Source of the DNA: Octopus bimaculoides
Taxonomy: Eukaryota
DNA length: 64,000 bases
Direction of reading: 5' to 3'
Assembly: GCF_001194135.2 (NCBI RefSeq)
Contig: NC_069005.1
Location: forward strand, 9,893,224-9,957,223
Position 1 is the first letter of the stretch; every line of letters starts with the position of its first letter. The notes below the pieces were generated by a model, which did not search any database, had not been told where the DNA came from, and saw only the letters and a program-made list of their open reading frames with translations. Position numbers and translations under genes: made by a program. Shown one piece after another: positions 1-12,639 of the stretch.

Positions 1-44
1 TATGGTTGCAATCCAATGACTGAAACTAGTAAAAGATAAAAGAT
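1..44 (+). mobile_element. SINE-A 3' tail fragment
   Basis: GCAATCCAATGACTGAAACTAGTAAAAGATAAAAGA matches the tail of the full SINE-A copies (e.g. 49600-49640, 53625-53655). Confidence 0.55.
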
Positions 45-1329
45 GTATATGTGTGTATGTGTGTGAATGTATGTCATTTTATTCCCATGATTTATTGTGT
101 ATGTTTAGACATGTATATACATGTAACTATACATGTATATGCATACAGACATGCACACATTAACATATATAAGCATATATATATATATATGCATTGACAC
201 ATGTGTATGTGTGTGTGTGTATATATATAAGTATATATTTGTTTGAATGCATATATGTTGGTTTTCTTCAGTAGTTTGTTATGAGGGTTCATTTATTTGT
301 ATGTATGACTGTGCATGTGTGTGTGAGTGAGCATATGTGTGTGTGTACCTTCCAATCTATATATGTAAATTTATTTTAAAAAATTTACCTGTGCACTCAT
401 GTCTATGTATGTTTGTATGGACAACTGTTTGTTTTGATTTTTAATCATAAAAATCTATATTCATTTATATTTATTTTCTGTTTTTCATTATTCTAATTTG
501 TTTATTTTTCTTCCATCTTTATTATTATTTTTCCTTTTTTCTTTTTCTGTCTTGCTTTAAAATCAAATTTTCAGTTTTACATTAATTTTTCAGTTGCTAA
601 AATTCTTGTTTTTATTTAATCTATGTATTTTTATTTTTCAATTTGATTTTGTTGTTTTATGCTTAATTTTTATTTTGTTTATTTTTTTCATTATGTATCT
701 CCACCCCTTCCTCTTAAGGAATAAGTGGATAGGTTTGAAACATGCAAAGCAGAGCATTCACTGCATGTGAGTCCTTGCTCAATGGTAGCACAACTGAGAG
801 AACAGAACATAATACCACACAGTACAACATGTGCTTATATTAAAACCTCTACATGATTCAATTCGTTTGTGCCTGTTAAGACATTTCAGTCAAATATGCT
901 CAACAAACATATAGAGGCTTTGTTAACCATTTAACTGTAGTGGAATTCTATGGGCAATTATTTAATAGACGTGACTTAAGGGTCTTGCTCAGTTGTGTAC
1001 CCAGTGTAAAAATAATTTTAATGAACATCCCTAAACAGCACACAGAAGCACAATGCTCATGTTGGGTTAGCACTGAATGCCCAACTCTGTGGTTGTGGTC
1101 TATGATGCGCAGGTGGTGTCCAGTGGCAGCAGTGGTATCCCCACACGACCCCTGTGTGATCGACTCTACAAGTCCCTGACCTTCTGCCACTGCCCACCCT
1201 AAAGTGAGCACCCTTACCCTTGCTGTTGCCATCGTTCTACACCTTGTGCCTCGGCAGCCGCCTTTCCGTTCGTTACGCCGTTGTTGCTGCCGTACAACTA
1301 CACACATTTGCTCACACAGCTAGGACAAC

Positions 1330-1435
1330 CTCGTCGCACGTGCCTTCCGTGCTTGCTCACGGGTTTTTGGAGGCAACAGAGTGTGAATAGCAATGAGCTA
1401 ATGGAATCTCTCAAATAGAACTAAGTTGAACTAAG
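1330..1435 (+). repeat. Unclassified dispersed repeat, copy 1 (homologous to 9575-9707)
   Basis: TGAATAGCAATGAGCTAATGGAATCTCTCAA(A/G)TAGAACTAAGTTGAA is shared almost exactly with 9657-9703; weaker similarity extends about 60 bp upstream. Confidence 0.7.
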
Positions 1436-3384
1436 CAACAGCAACAACACAAACAATGTAGGGTCACATACTCAGAAATATGTTGGGACAATGGAGGGCC
1501 CCTTTAAGATGTACCTAAATAGCCACAGGTTCACTTTTAGGATCCCAGAGAGGAACAACATTACAGCATTGGCAAACTAAATTTGGTGTTTAAAATAACT
1601 GGGAATACTATAGAAGAGTAAATGGAAGTTACTAGAACCACCTTACCCCATACCTCAATGGATGGAGATGGTGCAGACTTTGCTTAGTCGTGAGGACAAG
1701 GATCCTAAAAAACTTGCTTGTTCTAGGTGCCTTCTTAAATTCAAACAGTGAAGTGCTTAGTCTATGCCCACATGATGGAAAATTCACAATGGAAATGTGA
1801 GCCTCCCCACATATTGACTATTGAATGGAAAAACATACACAAATGTATATGAACTTACCTTTTTCAGACACAACTGAAATTGTTCAAATGGTGTTGAATC
1901 CATCACTCCCAGAAGAGGTTTCGTTTTGAAAATATTTTCATTTCAGAAGCTTTTCACCACCAAGCTGACCAAGATTGTATTTTTACCTCCGTTTGGGAAG
2001 AGGTTATGCACCCTCAACTAGCAGGTCTGGTGAGTCACTTATGTTGCTATGTGCAATAGTAGACATGAAACCAATAATAACATTCTGATTAACCATAACC
2101 AATAATTGCATAACATGTTATTGCTCAAAAAACAATTCTTTTAGAGCATGGTTTTTATTGGACTTATGGACAACTGACCAAGATATATTATATATATGTA
2201 TATAAAGGTTTGGTTATAGATTTACTTATTGAATTTATTTACTAAAACTGTTGTATATTGGGTAAATGTATTTGAAAGTTGTGGTTTCTTTGGTTTGTTT
2301 ATTCCCAAACAACACTTATTTTAGTGCTGTTGACACTGCTGGACTGAATGGTATTGTCCAGGTATGAAAACCATAATAACATCCGTGAGGAAGCTGATGA
2401 TGGACGTATGCTGGATTGTTGGTATGGCTGTTTTTGTATATATGGAATAGTATTATAACACCTCCTTTTGATATATATATGTATATATATATNNNNNNNN
2501 NNTAGGGTTTGGCAAGTATTGCTTCAACACACACCGAAAATTAGAAATAGCAGCCAAAACTACTATTTCTCTACCAAAACATACTACCCCAAAAACAGCA
2601 ACACACCGAACTACTTGGTAAAATTACTAATTATTAATTCATTTATAATTTTTACCCTATATCTATATATATATAAAACATGTTATTAATATGGTCAGGT
2701 TAGTTAATTATTGTATTTCTATTCAACTAAGCTTTAACCATTTCATTTGTGAGTAACATATTCATAAGGCTTGTCTCTTGTTCTATGAAACACCAATCTG
2801 AGAATGCTTGTCTTGAGTAATATTAAACTGATAATTTTCAAACTAATAATTTTCAAAATCCTGCATTGCACGATAATGTGTGAACTTCACACTGACTAGT
2901 AAGAAAATAATAATGCTTGGATCCTTTCTGATAATGCTTGAAATTTTTTCCTTCTGGATTTTAAGTAATAGAAATTTTTGCTTTCATTAATGTCAAATTA
3001 ATAATGCTTGTATCTGTCTTCTTTGATGTCTCATCAATAATGTTTGATTTGAGGCTGCCATGTACAGAATATTTGATACAATGGTCTATGCCTTTGTAGT
3101 CTTGAAAATATTGTAGATGTTTTAACCACAAAGTCATTATTAAACCCCCATAAACATCATGTTAACTACAAAACCATTGAACCTATATAACCAAATTTAT
3201 AACTCCATAACCATCATTAATCTTCCTTAACCATCATTGCACCTACATAGCCATCATCACTAAACAGACATAAAAAATGTCCAAGATATGTTTGATATAT
3301 GTGTGTGTGTGTGTGTGTGTATAGCTACTGTTCTGTTAAGCTAGGATCGATAAAAGAAATACACCATTCTTGTGAATGTGTGTG

Positions 3385-3572
3385 TGTGTGGGGTGTATGT
3401 TTGTTCCCCACCATTGCTTGACAACTGGTGGTGTTGTTTTTATATCCCCGTGACTTAGTAGTTTAGCAAAATTGATCGATAGAATAAATATTACAGTTGA
3501 TTTGTTTGATTAAAAGTTCTTCAAGGTGATGTCTCAGCATGGCTGAGGTCTAACGAATAAAACAAGTAAAGG
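3385..3572 (+). mobile_element. SINE-A 3' half, strongly decayed
   Basis: TTTGTTCCCCACCATTGCTTGACAACTGGTGGTG...CCCCGTGACTTAG...CAGCATGGC aligns to the SINE-A 3' half; several CpGs have become TpG/CpA. Confidence 0.7.
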
Positions 3573-4419
3573 CATATATATATAAGTCAGTAAATGGTGT
3601 TAACCGCACATGGAGAAATAATAGGAAAATAAATAATAATAATAATAAGGCAGAATGCTAAACTGAAAGCATGTTTTAATATAGATGTGTATAAGGAGGA
3701 TTAAAAAGGATTTCTAACCAGCTTTCATTGCATGGCAAATTTTCAAGAAGAGGGAAAATGAAAATAATGTTTTTTACAAAAAAATAAAAAATATATAAAG
3801 AAATAAATATACCAATACATTATATTGTCTTTGAGTTTTTAAAGTTTAATGGTAATCCATGTAGATAATTGTTAGATAGATTAGGATGCATGGAATTAAA
3901 AATCGTGTTGTGTTTAAAAAAGGCTGAGAGTTTGTGTTAAACNNNNNNNNNNNNNNNNNNNNNNNNNNNNNNNNNNNNNNNNNNNNNNNNNNNNNNNNNN
4001 NNNNNNNNNNNNNNNNNNNNNNNNNNNNNNNNNNNNNNNNNNNNNNNNNNNNNNNNNNNNNNNNNNNNNNNNNNNNNNNNNNNNNNNNNNNNNNNNNNNN
4101 NNNNNNNNNNNNNNNNNNNNNNNNNNNNNNNNNNNNNNNNNNNNNNNNNNNNNNNNNNNNNNNNNNNNNNNNNNNNNNNNNNNNNNNNNNNNNNNNNNNN
4201 NNNNNNNNNNNNNNNNNNNNNNNNNNNNNNNNNNNNNNNNNNNNNNNNNNNNNNNNNNNNNNNNNNNNNNNNNNNNNNNNNNNNNNNNNNNNNNNNNNNN
4301 NNNNNNNNNNNNNNNNNNNNNNNNNNNNNNNNNNNNNNNNNNNNNNNNNNNNNNNNNNNNNNNNNNNNNNNNNNNNNNNNNNNNNNNNNNNNNNNNNNNN
4401 NNNNNNNNNNNNNNNNNNN

Positions 4420-4474
<55 letters not shown>

Positions 4475-4517
4475 TACATATATACAAACACACACAAGAG
4501 TCAAAGACCCTTATAGC

Positions 4518-4587
4518 CAGAGGTGTAGCCGGAGTAGGGCAAGCAGGGCACATGCCCTGGGCACCATTTAACCTAGCAACACCCCTG
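4518..4587. mobile_element. Tiny hAT-like MITE (70 bp)
   Basis: Ends CAGAGGTGTAGC and GCAACACCCCTG are inverted (10/12); GC-rich interior GGGCAAGCAGGGCACATGCCCTGGGC; no clean 8-bp TSD. Confidence 0.45.
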
Positions 4588-4954
4588 CTAATTAGCCACA
4601 GACATAGCACAAGTCCCCTGTCAGTACATAGACTTGAGGTATGTTTATGGCTATAAGGGTATTTGACTTTTGTTTCTAGCAACACAGGTGTTACCTGGCA
4701 CTCTCAATCACCATTAGTGAGAATTGAATTTTTCCTCTTTGATTTTCTATCACATCAAGCCACCTTTATTATTTTATATAGCTGATGAAGGAAAATGTTC
4801 TCTATGTGGCTTTTGTGTTTTCTGTACTCTGGTTCTTATTTTCTTGTCTACGTTTTGTTTGCAATGTCCTGTACCCTGATATGCACCTATATATACAGGT
4901 AGACGTAGGTATGCACATACCTGTACGTGTATATGCATATACTCATTTATTATT

Positions 4955-4988
<34 letters not shown>

Positions 4989-5480
4989 NNNNNNNNNNNN
5001 NNNNNNNNNNNNNNNNNNNNNNNNNNNNNNNNNNNNNNNNNNNNNNNNNNNNNNNNNNNNNNNNNNNNNNNNNNNNNNNNNNNNNNNNNNNNNNNNNNNN
5101 NNNNNNNNNNNNNNNNNNNNNNNNNNNNNNNNNNNNNNNNNNNNNNNNNNNNNNNNNNNNNNNNNNNNNNNNNNNNNNNNNNNNNNNNNNNNNNNNNNNN
5201 NNNNNNNNNNNNNNNNNNNNNNNNNNNNNNNNNNNNNNNNNNNNNNNNNNNNNNNNNNNNNNNNNNNNNNNNNNNNNNNNNNNNNNNNNNNNNNNNNNNN
5301 NNNNNNNNNNNNNNNNNNNNNNNNNNNNNNNNNNNNNNNNNNNNNNNNNNNNNNNNNNNNNNNNNNNNNNNNNNNNNNNNNNNNNNNNNNNNNNNNNNNN
5401 NNNNNNNNNNNNNNNNNNNNNNNNNNNNNNNNNNNNNNNNNNNNNNNNNNNNNNNNNNNNNNNNNNNNNATATATATATG

Positions 5481-5561
<81 letters not shown>

Positions 5562-5932
5562 GCATATATATAACTCATAAATACAGTATACATTTAAATG
5601 GTAGCACAACTATGTTATTTGCTAAAATACAAAATCAGAAACCAATTGGTCCAGGAAACTAGATGGTAAATGTTTTTATTTTTCATTTCATTCCTTTCGA
5701 AGTTTTATCCCTAACAGTGGTTGTGGAACTTAGCTGTTCTAATTATATATTTATATATATATATATTTACATGCACACATACATATATGCAACAGGCTTC
5801 TTTCAGTTTCCATCTGTCAGATCCACTGACAAAGCTTTGGTCAGCCCAGAGTGGTTGGAAAGCAAGCATCTTCGTCACATAGCTAAACAGTATAGACACA
5901 TACACACATACATATATATATATATACACATA

Positions 5933-6147
5933 TACTCTTTTACTCTTTTACTTGTTTCAGTCATTTGACTGCAGCCATGCTGGAGCACCGCCTTTAGTCG
6001 AGCAAATCGACCCCAGGACTTATTCTTTGTAAGCCTAGTACTTAATTTATCAGGTCTCTTTTGCCGAACCGCTAAGTTACGGGGACGTAATCACACCAGC
6101 ATCGGTTGTGAAGCGATGTTGGTGGGGAGGGGGTGGAACAAACATAT

Positions 6148-6182
<35 letters not shown>

Positions 6183-6358
6183 CATACATATATATGATGG
6201 GCTTCTTTCAGTTTCTGTCTACCGAATCCACTCACAAGGCTTTGGTCGGCCCAAGGCTATAGTAGAAGACACTTGCCCAAGGTGCCACGCAGTGGGACTG
6301 AACCCAGAACTATGTGGTTCGTAAGCAATCTACTTACCACACAGCCACTCCTACGCCT
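5933..6358 (-). mobile_element. Full-length tRNA-derived SINE-A with internal (TA)n microsatellite
   Basis: Minus strand reads AGGCGTAGGAGTGGCTGTGTGGTAAG (A box) ... GGTTCAGTCCC (B box) ... CCTTGGGCAAG ... GGAAACTGAAAGAAGCCC-(TA)n-3' half ending GTAAAAGAGTAAAAGAG; CpGs retained, so a young copy. Confidence 0.9.
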
Positions 6359-6741
6359 AAATATATATAGGCACATATATATTTATATGTGTGTGTGTTT
6401 CTTGTAATGTGCACACTTACATAGATGCAGTCCCAGACATACACAAATGTATATATGTATGTATGCGTGAGTGTTACAAAAAAAAAAAAAAAAAAGAAAA
6501 AAAGATGTGAGTGAAAATGCACACCACACCTCAAGGGAGAAGAAAACATCATTTTTGTTTCATTTTAAGCATCTCTTTCACGTGTCTGTAGTCTTCCCCG
6601 TTTATTCAATTACCAACGATGTGCACAGAAGAGCGAAAGAGGGATGGGGGAGGGGGAGGGGGTTGTAAGCTGTGGCATCTTTACTTCTCAATAAAGATAG
6701 CATTTGTTAGCAAGAACAACTGTCTTAGGTCTTTCTTCCCT

Positions 6742-6781
<40 letters not shown>

Positions 6782-6869
6782 AATCATCATCATTATCCAA
6801 TCAATAACAATAACAGCAGCAAAATAATTTGACTTCATATTTCTCCCTAACCACTCTCATTTCTCTCTC

Positions 6870-7906
6870 TCTCTCTCTCTCATTTGCTTGTTCTTTCTGA
6901 CTTCTTATCTCTCTTTCTCTGTCACTTGTTCTTTCTGACTTCTTATCCCTCTTTCTCTGTCACTTGTTCTTTCTGTTCTGGATTCTCTCTCTCTCTCTCT
7001 TTTTCTTTCCTTCTCCCCCACTTCTTTCTCTCTTTCGTATTCATTCTTTCTCCTTTTTCTCTCTCCCCCCTTCATTCACTCACTCTATCCCTCTCTCTCT
7101 CATTCTTCCTGACTTCCTATCTCTCTTTCTCTGTCACTTGTTCTTTCTGTTCTGGGTTCTCTCTCTTTCTCTCTCTCTTTTTCTTTTCTTCTCCCCCACT
7201 TCTTTCTCCTTTTTCTCTCTCTCCTTCATTTACTCACTCTATCCCTCTCTCTCTCATTCTTCCTGACTTCTTATCTCTCTTTCTCTGTCACTTGTTCTTT
7301 CTGTTCTGGGTTCTCTCTCTCTCTCTCTCTTTCTTTCCTTCTCCCCCACTTCTTTCTCTCTTTCGTATTCATTCTTTCTCCTTTTTCTCTCTCTCTCCTT
7401 CATTCACTCACTCTATCCCTCTCTCTCTCATTCTTCCTGACCTCCTATCTCTCTTTCTCTGTCACTTGTTCTTTCTGTTCTGGGTTCTCTCTTTCTCTCT
7501 CTCTCTTTTTTTTTCTTTCCTTCTCCCCCACTTCTTTCTCCTATTTCTCTCTCCCTCCTTCATTTACTCACTCTATCCCTCTCTCTCTCTCATTCTTCCT
7601 GACTTCTTATCTCTCTTTCTGTTCTGGCTTCTCTCTCTCTCTCTCTCTCTTTTTCTTTCCTTCTCCCCCACTTCTTTCTCCTTTTTCTCTCTCCCTCCTT
7701 CATTCACTCACTCTATCCCTCTCTCTCTCATTCTTCCTGACTTTTTATCTCTCTTTCTCTGTCACTTGTTCTTCCTGTTCTGGGTTCTCTCTCTGTCTCT
7801 TTTCTTTCCTTCTGCCCCACTTCTTTCTCCTTTTTCCCTCTCTCTCTCTCTCATTCTTCCTGACTTCTTATCTCTCTTTCTCTGTCACTTGTTCTTTCTG
7901 TTCTGG

Positions 7907-7953
<47 letters not shown>

Positions 7954-9130
7954 CCTTCTCCCCCACTTCTTTCTTTCTCCTTTTTCTCTCTCCTTCATTC
8001 ACTCACACTATCCCTCTCTCTCTTATTCTTCCTGACTTCCTATCTCTCTTTCTCTGTCACTTATTCTTTCTGTTCTGGGTTCTCTCTCTCTTTTTCTTTC
8101 CTTCTCCCCCACTTCTTTCTCCTTTTTCTCTCTCCCTCCTTCATTCACTCACTCTATCCCGNNNNNNNNNNNNNNNNNNNNNNNNNNNNNNNNNNNNNNN
8201 NNNNNNNNNNNNNNNNNNNNNNNNNNNNNNNNNNNNNNNNNTTCTCTCTCTCTTTTTCTTTCCTTCTCCCCCACTTCTTTCTCCTTTTTCTCTCTCCCTC
8301 CTTCATTCACTCACTCTATCCCGCTCTCTCTCTCTTTTTTTCTTACCTTCTCCCCCACTTCTTTCTCTCTCTCTTTCTCTGTCACTTGTTCTTTCTGTTC
8401 TGGGTTCTCTCTCTCTCTCTCTTTCCTTCTCCCCCACTTCTTTCTCCTTTTTCTCTCTCCCTCCTTCATTCACCTTTTTCTCTCTCCCTCCTTCATTCAC
8501 TCACTCTATCCCTCTCTCTCTCTCTCATTCTTCCTGACTTCTTATCTCTCTTTCTCTGTCACTTGTTCTTTCTGTTCTGGGTTCTCTCCCTCTCTTTTTT
8601 CTTTCCTTCTCTCTCATTCTTCCTGACTTCTTATCTCTCTTTCTCTGTCACTTGTTCTTTCTGTTCTGGGTTCTCTCTTTCCTTCTCCCCCACTTCTTTC
8701 TCCTTTTTCTCTCTCCCTCCTTCATTCACTCACTCTATCCCTCTCTCTCTCTCTCTTCCCTTCTCCCCCACTTCTTTCCCCCTCCTTCATTCACTCACTC
8801 TNNNNNNNNNNNNNNNNNNNNNNNNNNNNNNNNNNNNNNNNNNNNNNNNNNNNNNTTCTCTCTCATTCTTCCTGACTTCTTATCTCTCTTTCTCTGTCAC
8901 TTGTTCTTTCTGTTCTGGGTTCTCTCTCTCTCTCTCTCTTTTTCTTTCCTTCTCCCCCACTTCTTTCTCTCTTTCGTATTCATTCTTTCACCTTTTTCTC
9001 TCTCTCTCTCTCTTTCATTCACTCTATCCCTCTCTCTTTCATTCTTCCTGACTTCCTATCTCTCTTTCTTTCCTTCTTCCTCACCCACTTCTTTTCCTTC
9101 TTCGTCACCCACTTCTTTCTCTCCTTTTTC
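6870..9130 (+). repeat. Polypyrimidine minisatellite, unit about 120-175 bp, roughly 13 or more copies
   Basis: Recurring unit TTCTTTCTGTTCTGGGTT(CT)n...CCTTCTCCCCCACTTCTTTCTC...CATTCACTCACTCTATCCC(TC)nATTCTTCCTGACTTCTTATCTCTCTTTCTCTGTCACTTG; unit length varies with the (CT)n tracts; interrupted by two gaps. Confidence 0.95.
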
Positions 9131-9574
9131 TCTCTCTCATTCATTCTGTCCCATGATCTTAGTCTGTCTGTCTCTCTTTTCATCCATTCTCTCCCACGCA
9201 TTCATTCTGTCTTTCATTCCTTCTCTCTCTACCCTGCTTTTTCTTTCATTCTTTCTCTCTCTCCTGCTTTTTCTCTCATTCTCTCTCTCGCTCTCTCTTT
9301 GTCTTTCTCTCAACTTCTGTTTGTAACAACTTTATCCTCTCACCTCAGAAGACTACCTACATCCTTTCTCTCTTTCCTCCCATTCTCCTCCTCTCTCTCT
9401 CCTCCTCCTCCTCCTCAGCCCCCTTCTCTCTGTCCTACAGCATCAGCCACGCCAGCACCATCTTCAAGGCAATGCATTCCCTTCTCCAGACATGTCCAGT
9501 CAAAGACAACCACCACCACCACCCTCCCTTCCACCACAAAAAAACAACAACAACAACAGCAGCAGCAGCAATAA

Positions 9575-9707
9575 CAACAACTACTGCCTTGTCATCCTCA
9601 CATGGGACTGTCTTGGATTATTTTATTGTGCCAAAAACTTTGAAGACAATGGAGACTGAATAGCAATGAGCTAATGGAATCTCTCAAGTAGAACTAAGTT
9701 GAATTAG
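9575..9707 (+). repeat. Unclassified dispersed repeat, copy 2 (CpG-decayed homologue of 1330-1435)
   Basis: Same core as copy 1; CCTCGTC to CCTTGTC and CACGTG to CACATG are consistent with CpG decay. Confidence 0.65.
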
Positions 9708-12470
9708 AGCCAAGCCAGAAGATTCCAGAGAACTTTTAGCAATCCTGAAAGTTTTCTGCAGCTGGTCACTAATTCCAATGACGCTCTACAGATTACCACC
9801 AACAGGTTAATGCTATAATGTCACCTTTTTATTTTGAAGAATGCTCTGGGGGTGGAGGGGGGGGCGGGTCATCCTGTGTCTTTTTCTTTTTTATATTGTT
9901 NNNNNNNNNNNNNNNNNNNNNNNNNNNNNNNNNNNNNNNNNNNNNNNNNNNNNNNNNNNNNNNNNNNNNNNNNNNNNNNNNNNNNNNNNNNNNNNNNNNN
10001 NNNNNNNNNNNNNNNNNNNNNNNNNNNNNNNNNNNNNNNNNNNNNNNNNNNNNNNNNNNNNNNNNNNNNNNNNNNNNNNNNNNNNNNNNNNNNNNNNNNN
10101 NNNNNNNNNNNNNNNNNNNNNNNNNNNNNNNNNNNNNNNNNNNNNNNNNNNNNNNNNNNNNNNNNNNNNNNNNNNNNNNNNNNNNNNNNNNNNNNNNNNN
10201 NNNNNNNNNNNNNNNNNNNNNNNNNNNNNNNNNNNNNNNNNNNNNNNNNNNNNNNNNNNNNNNNNNNNNNNNNNNNNNNNNNNNNNNNNNNNNNNNNNNN
10301 NNNNNNNNNNNNNNNNNNNNNNNNNNNNNNNNNNNNNNNNNNNNNNNNNNNNNNNNNNNNNNNNNNNNNNNNNNNNNNNNNNNNNNNNNNNNNNNNNNNN
10401 NNNNNNNNNNNNNNNNNNNNNNNNNNNNNNNNNNNNNNNNNNNNNNNNNNNNNNNNNNNNNNNNNNNNNNNNNNNNNNNNNNNNNNNNNNNNNNNATGAG
10501 ACGGGATGGGGTGGGGGGGGACCAAATGAAATGCATCTTTTTTTTTTATATGTGTGTATTTGTATACAAAAGAGATACGCCCTGGCACTAGCAGTAATGA
10601 CAACAATAACATTCACAACTAACAACAACAACAGTCGCAAATGAAAGAGTACACACACACACACACACGTACATATTCACATACACACCAGAGGCTCTTG
10701 CAGACATTCACACACTAAAACATTTTCACACATTTGCATACACTTATATACAAATATATACACACATATATACATGCAGATACACACACACACACACACA
10801 CACATCGTTATCCACACATAAATACATGCATACACACAGGAACACATATATACATTTACACACTCATATGTATGCATACAGATATATATATATATATACA
10901 TATATATATAAACATATATGTATATATATATNNNNNNNNNNNNNNNNNNNNNNNNNNNNNNNNNNNNNNNNNNNNNNNNNNNNNNNNNNNNNNNNNNNNN
11001 NNNNNNNNNNNNNNNNNNNNNNNNNNNNNNNTATATATATATATATATATACACGCATACATTGACATGACTGTATATGTATGCAGATATAAATACACAA
11101 TGCGTACACAAAATACAGAACACAGAAAGAAACAAAACGCGTGTGTCAGTGAAGATTATGTAATCCAGGCTTCGTATATTTATTACATTACGTCATCAGA
11201 GATTCGTTCAGAATGTTATTCGTTATTTCAGCCTAATAAAGAAGAAAAATTAGATATAACTGCTACGAGGAAAAGTTTAATAAATTTCAATAGAAGTAAG
11301 GAAGTATGACTTGAAGATATTGATGAAATCCCTCGATCGTGGATCAGGCTAAATTGAAAGATAAATCCCCGAAGCTCAGTAGAGGTTTTACAATGATGAT
11401 GCTCTACATGCAATAACTAATTATAACCCTTTAGCTATAGAAAGGCTTAGAAAGGTCTTACATTGATTAAAAAGAAAGCAGTAATATTTCTATTTCGTCT
11501 GATATATCCTTAATAAGTGTATCTTTTTAGATATGACCTTTTATCTTAACGCTGGCTTGTGTTATCTTTATCATAAACCAAATGGAAATCTATATTACGT
11601 ACACAAGCATTTAAATCACTTGTATATATATATATATATATATATGTATATAATCTTGTTAGAAATGTTTCTATCCACAAATAAACAAATACTGGATGCT
11701 AACACAGAATAATTTAATAATGCACTGAAAGGATGAGACTTTAATTTAATATGTAGTCCTCTGATTATATGAATAAGCTCGTTTGTTAAAATAAACTGTC
11801 TCCAGAAACTAAATAACCGTAAATGTTATTTTTATTTTAGACAATATTCTAATAAAAGAAATGATGATATATCAAAATTCGTGAAAGCTAAATGCGACCA
11901 AGCCTACAGTCATTGCGACAGTTATCGAATAATTACCTTATAATAATAAACAGGTATGAGAATACCTATTGCTGATCAATAAATACACCTGATAAAAAAG
12001 GCAAATGAAAGAAGGAAGGACTATTACAGGCACTAGTGATAGGGAGAGGAAAGGTAGTGATAGTACTGTAGGGGGAGGATTTAACAATCATCTGACGTTG
12101 CGATTCGCTAGAATGTTCCCACGTGATCAACAAAAGTTGATTAATCACGGCATTGCGTGGGATAGGTTCCAGCGATGACCTGATGTTTCACCGTGCTTCT
12201 TTTTGAGCCTATCAACCAGTATAAATTCGACACATTGTAACTAATAGACAAAGATATTTGGAGTGCAGCAGAGAGAGCGTTGACAGGCACTGTAAGAGTA
12301 GGCCAAGAGAGAAGACGGCGGACAACAGCTGACAACACAAAGGAAATGAACAAACGACAGAAGTCAGTTGCCGGTAAGCAGTTAACAAATTAACAACACT
12401 TTATGTGCTCCAGCAACTTCACAAAGAACAATGCCATTAAAACTTTCTCGGCGTTTTGTCACTTGTAGTA

Positions 12471-12639
12471 ACGACATCATTCGTTTTTTGTTCTTTTTTT
12501 GTGTACGAAAAGAATAAAATTTTGTTTATCAAACACCTCAACAGACTCCAGTCTTCTTCATCAAAGTTACGACATCATTCGTTTTCTGTGTACGAAAAGA
12601 ATAAAATTTTGCTTATCAAACATCTCAAGAGACTCCAGT
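12471..12639 (+). repeat. Direct tandem duplication, period 98 bp
   Basis: ACGACATCATTCGTTTT...GTGTACGAAAAGAATAAAATTTTG(T/C)TTATCAAACA(C/T)CTCAA(C/G)AGACTCCAGT starts at 12471 and again at 12569. Confidence 0.9.

Noticed and set aside
4780-4812. CTGATGAAGGAAAATGTTCT hammerhead-like start
   Set aside because: No GAAA follows the putative stem II.
6884-9326. Hydrophobic Leu/Phe/Ser ORFs that look like membrane proteins
   Set aside because: They are translations of the polypyrimidine minisatellite, and several frames are open simultaneously.
9441-9660. Possible terminal exon HQPRQHHLQGNAFPSPDMSSQRQPPPPP...NGD* after a pyrimidine tract and CAG
   Set aside because: Its 3' half is the dispersed repeat also found at 1330-1435, and the pyrimidine tract is simply the end of the minisatellite region.
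11160-11210. Minus-strand CTGATGA...GAAG hammerhead-like arrangement
   Set aside because: No stem III or cleavage triplet; likely chance.
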